From a bacterium (GTDB lineage: Bacteria; RBG-13-61-14; DATKZS01): a stretch of DNA of 64,000 bases. The position numbers and the translations under genes are program-made. The notes under the pieces were generated by a model. That model saw only the letters and a list, made by a program, of their open reading frames with translations. It ran no database searches and was not told the origin of the DNA. Each line of letters begins with the position of its first letter. The first letter of the stretch is position 1. Of this stretch, positions 1 through 12,200 are shown piece by piece. Where the stretch lies: contig CAXXFL010000002.1 in the NCBI GenBank assembly GCA_963674965.2, positions 64,001 to 128,000 on the forward strand. Reading direction: 5' to 3'.

Positions 1-1275
1 ACCCAGGAAGGTGAATTATATTTCTTTAGACCTTGCGAGGGAACAGGTTGTTCATGGCGGGGAGACTACTGGAAAATTATCGAGCCTCAGGACCCTTACC
101 CTTTTTCCGGCAACACCGTTACCGCGAGGCAAGAATTATATTTTTCAGACAACAACTGGAGGCTTGAGGCCATTTCAAAAAGTAGGGCGCCAGGTTGCCC
201 ATATGAGCATGTCGAGGCGACACTATATCTTCCCGATGGCACCAAAAAGAAATATCAAAGAACGGATGGAATCTATTCTGGAACTGTCGTTGGAAGATTA
301 AAATTGGTTGAGATCGATTATCCTAACGGCTCCGTCGTAACAATAGAGTATCTGGCTTCTGACGCCGTTGACACCTACGGTTTTTATAACGCTCCAGAGC
401 GGGTCACTCTCACTGGCGCCGGCAGCACGACTTATAATGTGGATTTCATTTATGAAAACGTATCGTCCGAGGTCGCCCAGTATGAAAATTCCCCATCTTA
501 TTCTTATCGTCCCGCCGGGAGCCTAAAAAGGCTTGACGTTTCCCAGAACGACGAATATTTATACAGCCGTTATTACTATTATCACGATATTCCAGAGGAA
601 TTTTATTGCTCACCCGTGAAGAACGGCTTCACTTGTGATTTTTTCGGGGCCAGCGACTATCAGCTCGTGGACACTTTTATTCTTGATTCTGGGGCCACCG
701 TCGACATTTGGAACGATCTATCAGACGTTTTAAACAATTACACCGTATCAGATTTTTGGCACTTTGAGCCTTTTTCTTTCCTCGGAACCGGGACCGATGT
801 ATGCGAGAGCGAGGTTGTTTCCGGTGATCCGGGTGAAGTTAGCTGCTCTCCTTTTGACAATAATGGGTTGTGCGAGTTTCTTTGCCCTCCTCCAGAGATA
901 AAGGCCATTACGACTCCCTGGGGCGCGAAGATATTATATGATTATGATGGTATATATTACGACCCGCAAGTCGATTTTGGAGCGACTCCTTCCGGCTGGA
1001 ATGAGATAACCGACGGTATCTGGGAACGCAGTGCAACAATTTACTTCAGGAATATTTTGGAGCAGAGAAGCGAGATCAATAAATTAAACGGCCGCGTCGA
1101 TACCTTTAACGCTATGAAAAGGGTCGGGAGCGGCGATCAGGTCGGGACTTTAAAGACCACGATAGAAATCGACAAGCTGATGGACGGCATGAATCCCCAT
1201 ATATTCCGATGTTTCGCCGATTACATCCCGAACGAGACGGATATTGCTTCTCAATTTCATTCCTTAAAAAAGGAG
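1..1275 (+). pseudogene. Rhs/YD-repeat shell protein, 5' part (starts upstream of window), interrupted by IS110
   Basis: Frame 1 is open from base 1 (TQEGELYFF...LYLPDGTKKKY...RLKLVEIDYPNG). YD-like motifs (ITTPWGAKILYDYD). Joins in frame to 2590 once the IS is removed (...HSLKKE|YYYYDTSS...). Confidence 0.8.
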
Positions 1276-1319
1276 ATGGTATGAATGAAGAGTTTTGAGG
1301 TGGTAAATACTTCAACTAG

Positions 1320-1500
1320 GTTAGGAATGATCTATTGGAGTAGGCGGGTCGTGGGCTGGATCGTTTTCGTGAGGCTTATGACCTCGTAAAGGAGATTAGT
1401 CAGCCCCGCGACTGGAGCGCCACCGTAAGGCTAGACCTTGTATAGGAGTTTGGCGGCCCCTCAAAGCGTGTCTACTCCGACCTTAGATCAAATTTATTTC
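1320..1500 (+). ncRNA. Putative bridge/seek RNA of the IS110 element
   Basis: Outer stem (TGATCTA/TAGATCA, GGAGTAG/CTACTCC) encloses two hairpins. Their internal loops carry AAAGGAG (1388-1394, matches target left+core) and ATAGGAG (1442-1448, matches donor left+core). Confidence 0.65.
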
Positions 1501-1517
1501 TAGGGAGGAGTAAGGAA

Positions 1518-2534
1518 ATGGGAAGGTACATTGGAATCGATCTGCACAGGAATTGTTTCACCTCTTGCGTCCTGGCCGAGAACGGACGGAACTATCTCAA
1601 GGACTGGCGTCTCGAGGATTTGGAGAAGTTTTGCTCGACGCTTCGCGAGTCCGACGAGATCGCGGTTGAGGTCACGGGCAACGTCCGCCTTTTTTACGAC
1701 GCCGTTCGCGGCCTCGTTTCCCGCGTCGTGGTTGTCAACCCTCGCCAGTTCAAGGTCATCAGCGAGTCGGTCAACAAAACGGACGGCAACGACGCCAGAC
1801 GCCTTGCCCTGTTTTTGTCCAAGGGCCTTTTGCCGGAGGTGAGGATGCCGAACAAGGAACACGCTCAGGTTAAAAGCCTCACTCAAAGCCGGGACAAGCT
1901 GGTGAAGCTTCGCACGGCCTTGAAGAACAAGATCAACAACATCTGCTCGGCCCACGGCATCAACCTGAAGAAGGAATATCTTTCCAGCGAGAAGGGCCTT
2001 GAGACGGTGCAGGAGATACCTTTCGACCCCATGGTCAAGACCGAGGTCCGCGTCCTGGTGGAGCAGATTCGGGGCTTGAACGCCGGGGTCAAGGAGCTTG
2101 AGGCCGCCATCAAGGACTCGGGCAATCAGCTTCCCGGTCACAAGAATTTGAAGAGCATAAAGGGTATCGGGGACCTTGGCTCGGCCATACTTTTGTCGGT
2201 GATCGTTGACGTCAAGGACTTCCCCGACGAGGGCAAGCTGGCCTCCTACTTCGGCATCGTCCCCCGGGTTAGCAACTCGAACGAGACCAGCCGCTCGGGC
2301 CGGATCACGAAGCGGGGCAACAAACTCGGCCGCACTACCCTGGTCCAATGCGCCCTCATCGCCAAGCGTTACAGCCCTTATTTGTCGAGCTTCTACGAGC
2401 GTATCAAGGCCAGGCGCGGCGCGGGCAAGGCCATCATCGCACTGGCTCGCAAATTTTTGAAGATCATTTACATCACTTTACAGGAAAACTTGATTTGGGA
2501 GGACTTCCCGAACGGAGTAATAGCGAAAGGCTGA
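1518..2534 (+). CDS. IS110-family DEDD transposase/recombinase
   Basis: GIDLH, VEVTG, KTDGNDA motifs and C-terminal SIKGIG...LASYFGIVP...GRITKRGN. RBS GGAGGAG upstream. Confidence 0.95.
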   Translation: MGRYIGIDLHRNCFTSCVLAENGRNYLKDWRLEDLEKFCSTLRESDEIAVEVTGNVRLFYDAVRGLVSRVVVVNPRQFKVISESVNKTDGNDARRLALFLSKGLLPEVRMPNKEHAQVKSLTQSRDKLVKLRTALKNKINNICSAHGINLKKEYLSSEKGLETVQEIPFDPMVKTEVRVLVEQIRGLNAGVKELEAAIKDSGNQLPGHKNLKSIKGIGDLGSAILLSVIVDVKDFPDEGKLASYFGIVPRVSNSNETSRSGRITKRGNKLGRTTLVQCALIAKRYSPYLSSFYERIKARRGAGKAIIALARKFLKIIYITLQENLIWEDFPNGVIAKG

Positions 2535-2589
2535 GTTTGTAAAATAATTCAGCTAATTTAAAAGGTTGGGTAGACAACCATCATAGGAG

Positions 2590-5388
2590 TATTATTATTA
2601 CGACACCTCCTCCATAAGCGAGAACGGTTCAATCTGGCGTTATCAAATCCTCAAGGCTTTAAAGACGTTCGGGGTTCGAGACGACGGCGGTGTTTTCAAC
2701 TTAGAAGACGTGGAGTATGAATGGATTGGTCGGCCATCGCCTTTTTTACTTGGCATCCGGATGGTTTCACAATATTCCGCCACTTCGGTTCCTTACTACG
2801 TTTATTACAACAGGTACGTTGGCGGTTTAACGCAATCCTTTATTGATCCGACTCCCATGATCCCGGTGCTTTCCGGAGTTGAGATGATTCGCGACGGCAT
2901 CACCTACAACATGGAGGCTAGCGACTTCAACATGTACAACTCTCCCGGCAGGGTCGTGTCCTCCATGGACGGGGGTTATTCGAGGACGAGCAATTACACG
3001 TTCAATCATGAGGCCCAAGTAAGCGGGGACACCTACATGATCGGCGTGACAACTAACACAGACTCCAGCCTGAACGGGGGCACGGGCAACGTCGGAAGTT
3101 TTAGAACGGACATGGCTAATGGCCTCCTCCAGGCCTCGGTGGTTGACATGAGCGCTCTTAGCTTGGAGTACGACTCAGGCGGCAACGTAACCAACTCCAT
3201 GGGCGACGATGGCGTTAAAAACACTTACGAGGGCTATACAATGGGTCGCCCCAAGACGGTCAAACTCTACGACGAAGCTTTACGAGGCGACATGAAATAT
3301 AACGCTTTAGGACAGGCAACGGAAGTGAAAGTACCTAACGCCGGCGGCTCTGATATAATTTATCAATACATTTACGACAATATTGGGCGTCTGAAGTCCA
3401 TTATCCGTCCCGGTTCCTTGTATGACACGGAGATAACCTACCAGGGAGGTACGAGTACCACTGACGGTCCCTCCCAGGATTATTATAATTTATATTACTT
3501 TACTGATAGTAGAAAGAGCGTTACCGGGGACCGCGAGAGTATAGATCATCTGGACGGCTGGGGACGTGTTTGGAAATCGGAAAGGAAAACAAACGACGGC
3601 TATAGTATCACAAGATTTATAAGACGCGACGTTTGCGGGGTTCCCCGGTATTCGTGCTCGCCCCTAACCTCGGATTTTAACGACTTCCAGTGCGTTAACG
3701 TTTCCATTTCCATTAGCGCCCTTGACGCCTTTGGACGTCCTTCCTTTTCCACGGATCAGTCGGGAGAGGACGATGAGTTAGGAAGATACGTATCTTACGA
3801 GTACGAGGGTGGGAGTCAGGGTCTGGATGTGGATATAAACGTTGGATGCGTTTCGGGTTCTACTTTTTGCAAGAATGAACCTTATTCTACCAACTATAAA
3901 GAGGTCTATAAGGGTCCTGGTCCAGGCGAGCTATATATGACGGAGCGAGTGGGGCCTACCGTGAGCGGCGGGCCTACTCCTCGCAAGTTTAAATATAACT
4001 ATGGCTCAAAGGGCGAGCTTCTTTCCATATCCGAGGAGAGCGGGGCGGGCATTGGGGACCGTGAATTCACTTACGACGCCAAGGGAAACGTTATCGGCAC
4101 ATACAGTCCCGAGTCCGGCCAGAGAAGATTCACGCGCGATTCTAGAGGCCGGATAACGTCGATCAGGGCCTCGGACAACTCGGTCGTTAATATGACCTAT
4201 GACCGAGCCGACCGGGTGACGCAAATCCAGGCCGTTGGCGTCAATCAGCCTCTTTACAAGTTTACCTATCACTCGGGATCGGGCAGCCTGACCAAGGAGG
4301 AGGGAGACTGGAACCAGGTTTCCTACGATATCGATTACGATTACAACAACTCGGCTCCTCTTCTTGACGAGGTTTTAATTAATTACACCGTCCCCACTTC
4401 AACGGGCGTTGATTACGCCGACTTTAATATCAAATACGACTATAACGAATACGGCGAGGTAACCTCGGTAGACTACGATGGAGAAATGACCATCAATCTA
4501 ACGCGTGATTATTTGGGCAGGGTGAGGTCCATATCCAAGTCAGGGGCGGACGATATCATGGAGTCGATTACTTATCAGCCGGACGGCTCGCTTAAGCGAA
4601 TGACTTATGGAAACGACGTGGTAACGGACATTTTCCAGTTCTATGGCCTTGGCATTATCTCGGAGATATCCATACGCACGAAGGCGCAGGCACAGGCCAT
4701 CAATCGGGATGATATAACCGAAGATATTATCAGGATAGCCGGCGGCGGCTCCTACGATTATTGGAACGAAAGATATGGATATTACGACGGCTCTTACCAA
4801 TACTTCGACAATTATCTCAATCCACACAAGGCTGAAATCGGTCCCAATTATACCAGCTACCGACTTCAAATCGACGCGCAATACGACAAGGAACAACGTC
4901 TTTCCAAAGCGTCTTACTCCGACTTGCAAGGCGACACGGTATTTTTAGACATAACTTATGGTTTTGATCGTCGAGGCAACAGGACCTCGAAGAATCTGAC
5001 ATGGACCCCAGGCTCATCCGAGACTTATTCATACAACTACGATTCACTAAACCGCATCTCTTCAGTGACCGGCAATACCTTGGCCACCAGTCCAACCATC
5101 GGAGATTACGTTCACGACTCGCGGGGCAACGTTATCCAGACGCCCACGCACAAGTACGGCTTCGATCTTTTCGACCGGCTGGTTGACGCCGACGACGGCA
5201 AGGTCAAAATCTATTACACGGCGGGCGGCAACAAGTTCCTAAAGGTGACCGAGGAGGAGGCGACCGTCTATTTCTATGATCCAGGCGGTCGAATGCTATG
5301 CGAGAAGACCTTCCGACTTAGCGACTTCCGGCAGCTTAGCCGCAAGTTATACGTCTACGCCAACGGCCAGATGGTGGCCCAGTTTTAG
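2590..5388 (+). pseudogene. Rhs/YD-repeat shell protein, 3' part; ends before the Rhs-associated core
   Basis: Many YD repeats (EYDSGGN, YDNIGRL, TYDAKGN, TYDRADR, FDRRGNR, YDSLNRI). Terminates at KLYVYANGQMVAQF* with no GARxYDP or DPxG core. Confidence 0.85.
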
Positions 5389-5411
5389 TCGAAGAAGAAG
5401 AGGAGGATAAA

Positions 5412-6227
5412 ATGAAAAGGTTATCTTGCTGGAACTGGATCACTATTAACAAAGCCACTGGCATCGCATTGGCGGTTCTATTTTCAATGTTCATGGCGGC
5501 CTTCATGGGCTGCGGTAAAGGAATGGATAGGACCGGCTCGGACGGCGACGCCGGCGCGGCAGTTTCAGGAAAACAAGCTTCATCCTCATCGGTGAAAGAA
5601 CGGGCTGTCCCCGCCAATACCGCAACCGAGCGCAAAGAGCCTAGGAAGGGCATACAACGCTCCCCCGTTGGAGAAACCAATCTGCGGGCGAAAATACGCG
5701 GACTCGCCTCTTCCAAAAACAAGGCTGAGGCTAATGAATCCATTGATTCGCTCACCGATATTTTCGAAGGTGGAGATAATAATCATGACCTGGCCACAAG
5801 GACCCTGGCGGCGGCGGCCTTGGCCGAACTAAGCAAGGCCGAGGAAGACCGAGCGGCGGCTGTTGCCTCCCTCGAGCCTCTCCGCAAGGCCCTATTTCGC
5901 GATAAGAGCGCGGTGGTCCGAGCCTCGGCCGCGCGCTCACTGGGGGCGAGCGGCTACATCGAGTTCAAGTCCCCCCTTGAGTTAGCCATGAAGACCGACG
6001 CGTCGCTCCTTGTCCAGACGGCGGCTTCCGAGGCCCTTGAAAAGCTAACGGGCGAGACGTTAGTCTCTCCGGTCGAGAAGGCGCTAGCCGAGTCCACCAT
6101 TCCGACCAGGCGCTCCCTTTCCTCTTCGGTCTCATCGGAGTGTATCCCCAGGGAGTTATTCGAGTCGCTAAACGAGCACCTCTTGATTCTCGATCCCGAG
6201 AACGCCGAGCGATCGATATGCAAGTAG
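5412..6227 (+). CDS. Predicted lipoprotein with HEAT/PBS-lyase-like repeats
   Basis: RBS GAGGAGG. Hydrophobic stretch ending FMGC (lipobox-like). HEAT motifs (DKSAVVRASAARSLG, DASLLVQTAASEALEKL). Confidence 0.75.
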   Translation: MKRLSCWNWITINKATGIALAVLFSMFMAAFMGCGKGMDRTGSDGDAGAAVSGKQASSSSVKERAVPANTATERKEPRKGIQRSPVGETNLRAKIRGLASSKNKAEANESIDSLTDIFEGGDNNHDLATRTLAAAALAELSKAEEDRAAAVASLEPLRKALFRDKSAVVRASAARSLGASGYIEFKSPLELAMKTDASLLVQTAASEALEKLTGETLVSPVEKALAESTIPTRRSLSSSVSSECIPRELFESLNEHLLILDPENAERSICK

Positions 6228-6250
6228 GCAAGGAAACAAGGAGCGAAGCC

Positions 6251-9200
6251 ATGAAGTTAAAGGTAATGAAAGCGGCGGCGATCTTCGTCATATTTTTTCT
6301 AGCGGCGGTAATTGTAGGCTGTGGAGCCAATCAGAACAGCTTTGTCAAGGGACTTGGCCCGGCTTACACGGAGGTAATGTCTCTCGGCAAGAACGTGGAA
6401 ATCCTGGACCCGTCCATGGAGGACAACCAGCATAGACTCGTGGTGTTTTTCGACAGGTGCGTTGACGACGACACGGTGACCTTGTCTGATCTTGAGCTTT
6501 ACGGGCAGACCGTTACAAATTTCGATTCTTACCTCACTCCCAGTCAATCCGTCTTTAACTTCGATTATTGCTTTACAAAGTCATGGGACTCCCTTTCCAG
6601 CGGCGCTTATTTCACCGGTACTATTTGGGCGTCCACGACCGAGTGCGAGTCCGGCTATAGCGACAAGCTCTACGTGGGCCTCGTTGACGATGACACGCTG
6701 TGGCACGGAATGGACGATTATGAAGGAGCGTTCGCGTATAAACTGGTAATTGATAAGATATTCCATGACTCGGAAGAGAATCAATCAAGCGGCGACGTAA
6801 TCAATTATTTCATCGTGCGCGACTTCGCGAATAACGCGAAACATCCCACTTTGAGCCACGTTTATCCGGCGAGCGGCTCGGGGCTTTCCGGCGACTCCCT
6901 TTTATACATGCCCATGCCTCCTCACTCGACGTTTACTCTTGGAAGTTCCGAGCCTGTTCTCAACCTGTCTTATATTCCCTATGAGGTTTTCTGGCACGAC
7001 GACGATCTCCATGCCCCGTTTGACGGCCCTTCAATCGGCAATCCCAGCGTAATAGTCAGAAATAACAGAAAAATCGAGATCGGCGCTTCCTCGGGAATGC
7101 CTCTCGATATCGAGTACCATTTTTGGATTTACTCTCGTCCTCAGAACTATTACGACGTTACCTATGGTCCAGGCTCGGGAGCGACCATTTCAATGGACGG
7201 AGAGTTATCGGACGTCCTTCTTGTTTCTCCTCCCCCAATCAACGCGTTTGGCAAGGCCATCGTTCTTCCCTCGGACTCGACCTTCCAAATACTTGAGGAA
7301 GACGTCGTCGAGCGGGACGTTTTCCACGCCGGCTTTTACAGTGATCATCCCACATACGTTAAGGTCTATGAAGTAAAAGGGCGCGTCGGACCGGTCGTTA
7401 TCGACGAACCAGTTACATATTCCTATCATAAAGCGGCGTACTCGGAGAGCTACTTGACCGTGAGGGCCACGCCGGACGTGGACGAGGTCCGCATAACCAT
7501 GGACCACTGGACCGACTTGATCGGCTCCGAGATGGGCGTGGAAATAACCGACGAGCTTAAGCCTCTTTCCAGTCTTTCCATGCCCTTGTTTTCGTCAACG
7601 GTCCTCGCTCCCGCCATGTCGAGGAATGGCCAATACATGTTCTATTGGGCGCAGGACGGGACCACCGACAATGTCTTTCAGGTCTACCGGACCGACCTGA
7701 CGGTTGACGGATATTCCACGGACGCGCTGACCTCGTTTACCGTGGGCCGCGACGACGCTCAGGCGCTCGCCAGCCATAGTATTTCACCCAACAACGCGGG
7801 TGATCAGGCCGTGTTCTGGTCTCGCCAGGACCTTGAGGACGGTGAAACGTCCACTGATGGAGAATTGTATTTTTGGGACGAGAGCGAGGGCCTGTTTCAG
7901 GTCACTACCAGCGATCTTTTCGGGGACACCAGGGGCGAGCCAAATTATGACGCCGTTCTTTCCTATGAAAATATTTTCTTCTTTTGGACGGAAAACTCTT
8001 CAGCCGGCGACACGCTCGATCATTATGAACTCCTCAGATGTACTTACAGTGACGTCGGAGGGCCATACCCCATTGGCTGTGTAAATATCGTCCAGGGCAC
8101 TACTTTGCATCAGCAAGGAATTAATCCACGCTTGTCCTCGACTACCAACGGAGAATACGTGGCGTTCGTTTCCGCCGAGGACTGGGACGCGTCGGTCGGC
8201 AACTCGGACTACAACTATGAAATTTTCTACTATGGGGAATACGGAGTGGGCGTTCACCAGGTCACTGATTCCGGGTCCACCGTGACCAACGATTATCCAG
8301 TTATCGCCGACGATTCATTACAGTCGATTTACTTCAGTTCCAACGGGAATTACGGCGGAATAGACGGATTTTCCAATGATGGAGACTCTGTCTCCACCGA
8401 GCTTTTCGTTTATAGGAGGCTCAGCGGCGACACCGCCGTCTATAACGAGATTGAACAGATAACCAACGCCTCTCCCGGCGTTACGGTTATCCCCGCCGGT
8501 GTATCCTTGCCTGACGGTAACGGCAATATCGACGTTCTGGTCCTTTCCAATCATAATTTTTCGGGAGACACGGTCACGTCCGGATATAACTACTTCCTCC
8601 TCCAACCCACGAGATACGCCGACGACAGGACCTATAACGCGTGGGGCTACGCGATCACGACCGAACCCGTTATCGCCTCTGCCGGCGACGCTCCGCCTCT
8701 CGTCTCCATGGACGAGGAAAACGAATGGATACTCTTTTCCAGCGAGGAGCAATTGCTTCCAGGCGACACGAATTCGGACCTTGACGTCTATCTATTTCAT
8801 TACAAGGGCCTGGAGAAGAGTTTCACCATCTCTTGGGAGGACTTGATCGACGAGTTCAATTCCCAGAACTCTACTAATTATCGGACAGAGGTCCTGTTGC
8901 CTCGTAAAAGGCATCGGATTACCGTGCATTCATCCACCGCCGGCAGCCCCGGCGTGGACGCAATAGATTTCATCTTCACCGCCGACGACGACTCGGACTC
9001 CGACGGACTTAGCGACGCTTGGGAGATCGAATACGGATACGACCCTTACATCGCGGACAGCGATAGCAACTCCATCACGGACGACCTCGAGGACCCGGAC
9101 GGGGACGGAGTTATCAACTCCAGCGAGGAGGACAACTACACGAATCCCCAGCTGGCGGATTCAGATGGCGATGGACTGGACGATGACGTGGAAATCGGCT

Positions 9201-12200
9201 ACTGCACAAGCCCTATCGACGACGACTCGGATGATGACGGCTTAATAGACGGTCGGACCATGGGCGAGGACCAGGATAATGACGGGGAAGTTGACGCGGG
9301 CGAGACCAACCCATGCTATTACGATACGGACGGAGACGGCCTGCTTGACGGAGTGGAGATAGGCTTCGGTTCGAACCCTCTACTAACGGACACGGATGGC
9401 GATTCGTTATCGGACTACGTCGAGATCATGACGGCCAACACCGACCCCACGCTTGTTGACACTGATGGCGATTCATTGGGCGACGCGGCTGAATATGACT
9501 ATTGCACATCTCCGAGCGATCCCGACTCCGATGGAGACGGCCTATGCGATGGAAACACCTCCGTTTATGACGGTCCCACTTTATTGTGCTCCAACGGCGA
9601 GGACGCCGACCTCGATTTCGAGGTTGACGCGGGAGAAACCAACCCCTGCCGGGCAGACACTGACGGCGACGGAATGAATGACGCTTATGAGAGAGAATAC
9701 TCTCTTGATCCCCTGGACCCCTTCGATGCTTTGACTATATTGTCCAGCGCCACGATAGCCGATCCGGATGGCGACGGAGTGGACAATCTATACGAGGCGC
9801 AAAACGGCACTAATCCTTACGTTGCCGACAGCGACGAAGATGGCGTGTCCGACCTGGAAGAACTTGCCTTGGGCACCGATCCTGGAGACGCGACTTCCAA
9901 TTCCGACGGAGATTCTCTTATAGACAGCGTTGAAGTGACGCTGGGGACATCCCCCAACTCAGATGACACGGACGCCGACGGACTGAGCGATTATCAGGAA
10001 ACCACGGCCCTCTACGGCTTGACGATTGGAATGGGATGCACCATCGTGCCCACGAATCCCGACAGCGACGGCGACGGCATTCCCGATGGACTCGAGGATA
10101 TCGACCTGGACGGCGTCCTTGACGGAAATACGGAGACTAATCCCTGTATAGCCGACACTGACGGCGACGGCATGGACGACGGTTGGGAGGTCTTCTGGGG
10201 CCTGAATCCCCATGTCCAGGACGGGGACACGGACTGGGACTCCGACGGCCTCACCAACCTTCAGGAGTTCCTGCTCTACAAGGGGGCCTCATGCGACGCT
10301 TCCGCCGGGTGCCCGGGAGACACGATAACCGTCTATCTCAACCCGCTTATCGCGGACGTGGACGGCGACACCATGGAAGACGGTGAAGAGATACTTATGA
10401 CCGGCTCGACCGTCACCGCCTACGTCTGCAATCCCATCAAGCGCGACACGGACGGCGATAATGTCCCCGACTATTTCGAGGCCGTGATTAGCCTGTGCCT
10501 CGATCCCATGGACCCCGACACGGACGACGACGGCATTCCCGACGGGGTCGAGGATAAAAACCAGGACGGAATCAGGCAGAATATCGAGACCAACCCGTGC
10601 CTGGCCGACACCGACGGCGACGGGCTGGACGACTACGAGGAACTGCTCTTCGGGTCAAACCCGAGAAACGCCGACACCGACGGCGATGACTTAACCGACG
10701 ATCTCGAGTACTTCTATATGACCGATCCCAACGGCTACACCGACAGGAACGACAACGGCATATACGACGAGTTGGAATTGGTGGAATATGGCATACCTCC
10801 CATATACGTGTTCGATGACATGGACGGCGACGGGCTGGTTAACGGCGACTCCACCGGCGAGGACAAGGACAACGATTACGTGGTGGACTCGGGCGAGACC
10901 GACCCCTACGACATGGACACCGACGGCGACGGGCTGCCCGACGGGTGGGAAATCGAGCATAACCTGGACCCGCTCGAGGCCAACACCTGCTCCTTTTGCG
11001 CGGACAACGACGAGTTGACCGACCGCTCCGAGTACCTCCACCATACCCATCCCGGACTCGACGACACCGACTCCGACGGCATGGACGACGACTGGGAAAT
11101 CCTCTACGGCCTCGATCCCCTGACGGACGACTCGGCCGCCGACCTGGACGGGGACACCCTCACCAACCTCCAGGAATACTCGCTGCTCACCAACCCCAGG
11201 AGCGCGGACTCCGATATCGACGGACTAAGCGATTACCTGGAAACCCAGGCGCTATACGGCCATACCGTCGGAATGGGCTGCGCCACGTCGCCCACTAATC
11301 AGGACTCGGACGGCGACGGCGTGCCCGACGGCCTCGAGGACTTCGACCAGGACGGGGCCCTGGACGGCGACACCGAGACCAGCCCCTGCCTGGCCGACAC
11401 CGACGGCGACGGCTTGCCCGACGGATGGGAGCTTATCTGGAACTCTTACCCGCTGACCGATGACGCGACCTCGGACTACGATTCCGACGGGCTTGACAAT
11501 CTCGGCGAGTACCTGGCCGGGACCAACCCCTACCACAAGGACACGGACCACGACGGCATGGACGACAAGTGGGAGGTCGACGCCGGAGACACCCTCGACC
11601 CGCTCACCAACGACGCCGAGGCCGACCCCGACCACGACGGAGTGACCAACATCGAGGAATGCTGCGCCATGTTCCTCGAGCCCTACCACAAGTGCGGCAA
11701 TAGCTGCGACGACGACGCCCTCGATCCCCTCTCGAGCGACTCCGACGGCGACTCCCTCGGCGACTACTGGGAACTCAAGTACCTCCATCCCACGGTGGAC
11801 GATGACCTGACCGCCGACCCCGACTCGGACTCCATCTCCAATATCTGGGAGTTCAGGTTCGGCACGAACCCGGGCTCAACCGACACCGACGGCGACGGCC
11901 TTACCGACCTCCAGGAAATCTCCTTTGACGGCGATTTATCCTTCGACGGGAGCACCGCTTACCACCCCTACGTCAACGTGTGCATCGGCGACGCCGACGA
12001 GTGCGATCTCAACCCCACCCTGGCCGACACCGACCACGACGGACTGTCCGACTACCAGGAACTGTACGGAAACACCCCCACCAGCCCCGTCAACTTCGAC
12101 ACCGACGGAGGAGGAGACCCCGACGGGATCGAGTTGAATATCGGCCACGACCCCACCAACTCCGGCGACGATTACTACGACGCCGCCGGGCTGTCCTTCC

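Larger units (their letters stand above)
1276..2589 (+). mobile_element. IS110-family insertion sequence (~1314 bp)
   Basis: AGGAG at 1271-1275 and 2585-2589. Short subterminal inverted motif ATGGT...ACCAT. Removal restores the host reading frame. Contains a DEDD transposase. Confidence 0.85.

Noticed and set aside
11-301. 96-aa ORF at the window start
   Set aside because: Overlaps frame 1, which is open from base 1 and continuous with the Rhs shell gene.
1165-1275. Alternative IS left end at ACGATAG, matching CATAG at the right end
   Set aside because: The AGGAG boundary at 1271-1275 gives a longer shared core, adjacent inverted motifs, matches to the RNA loops and an in-frame repair.
6140-6250. 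Longer start for the giant ORF
   Set aside because: Overlaps the HEAT gene. The RBS and signal peptide point to ATG 6251.
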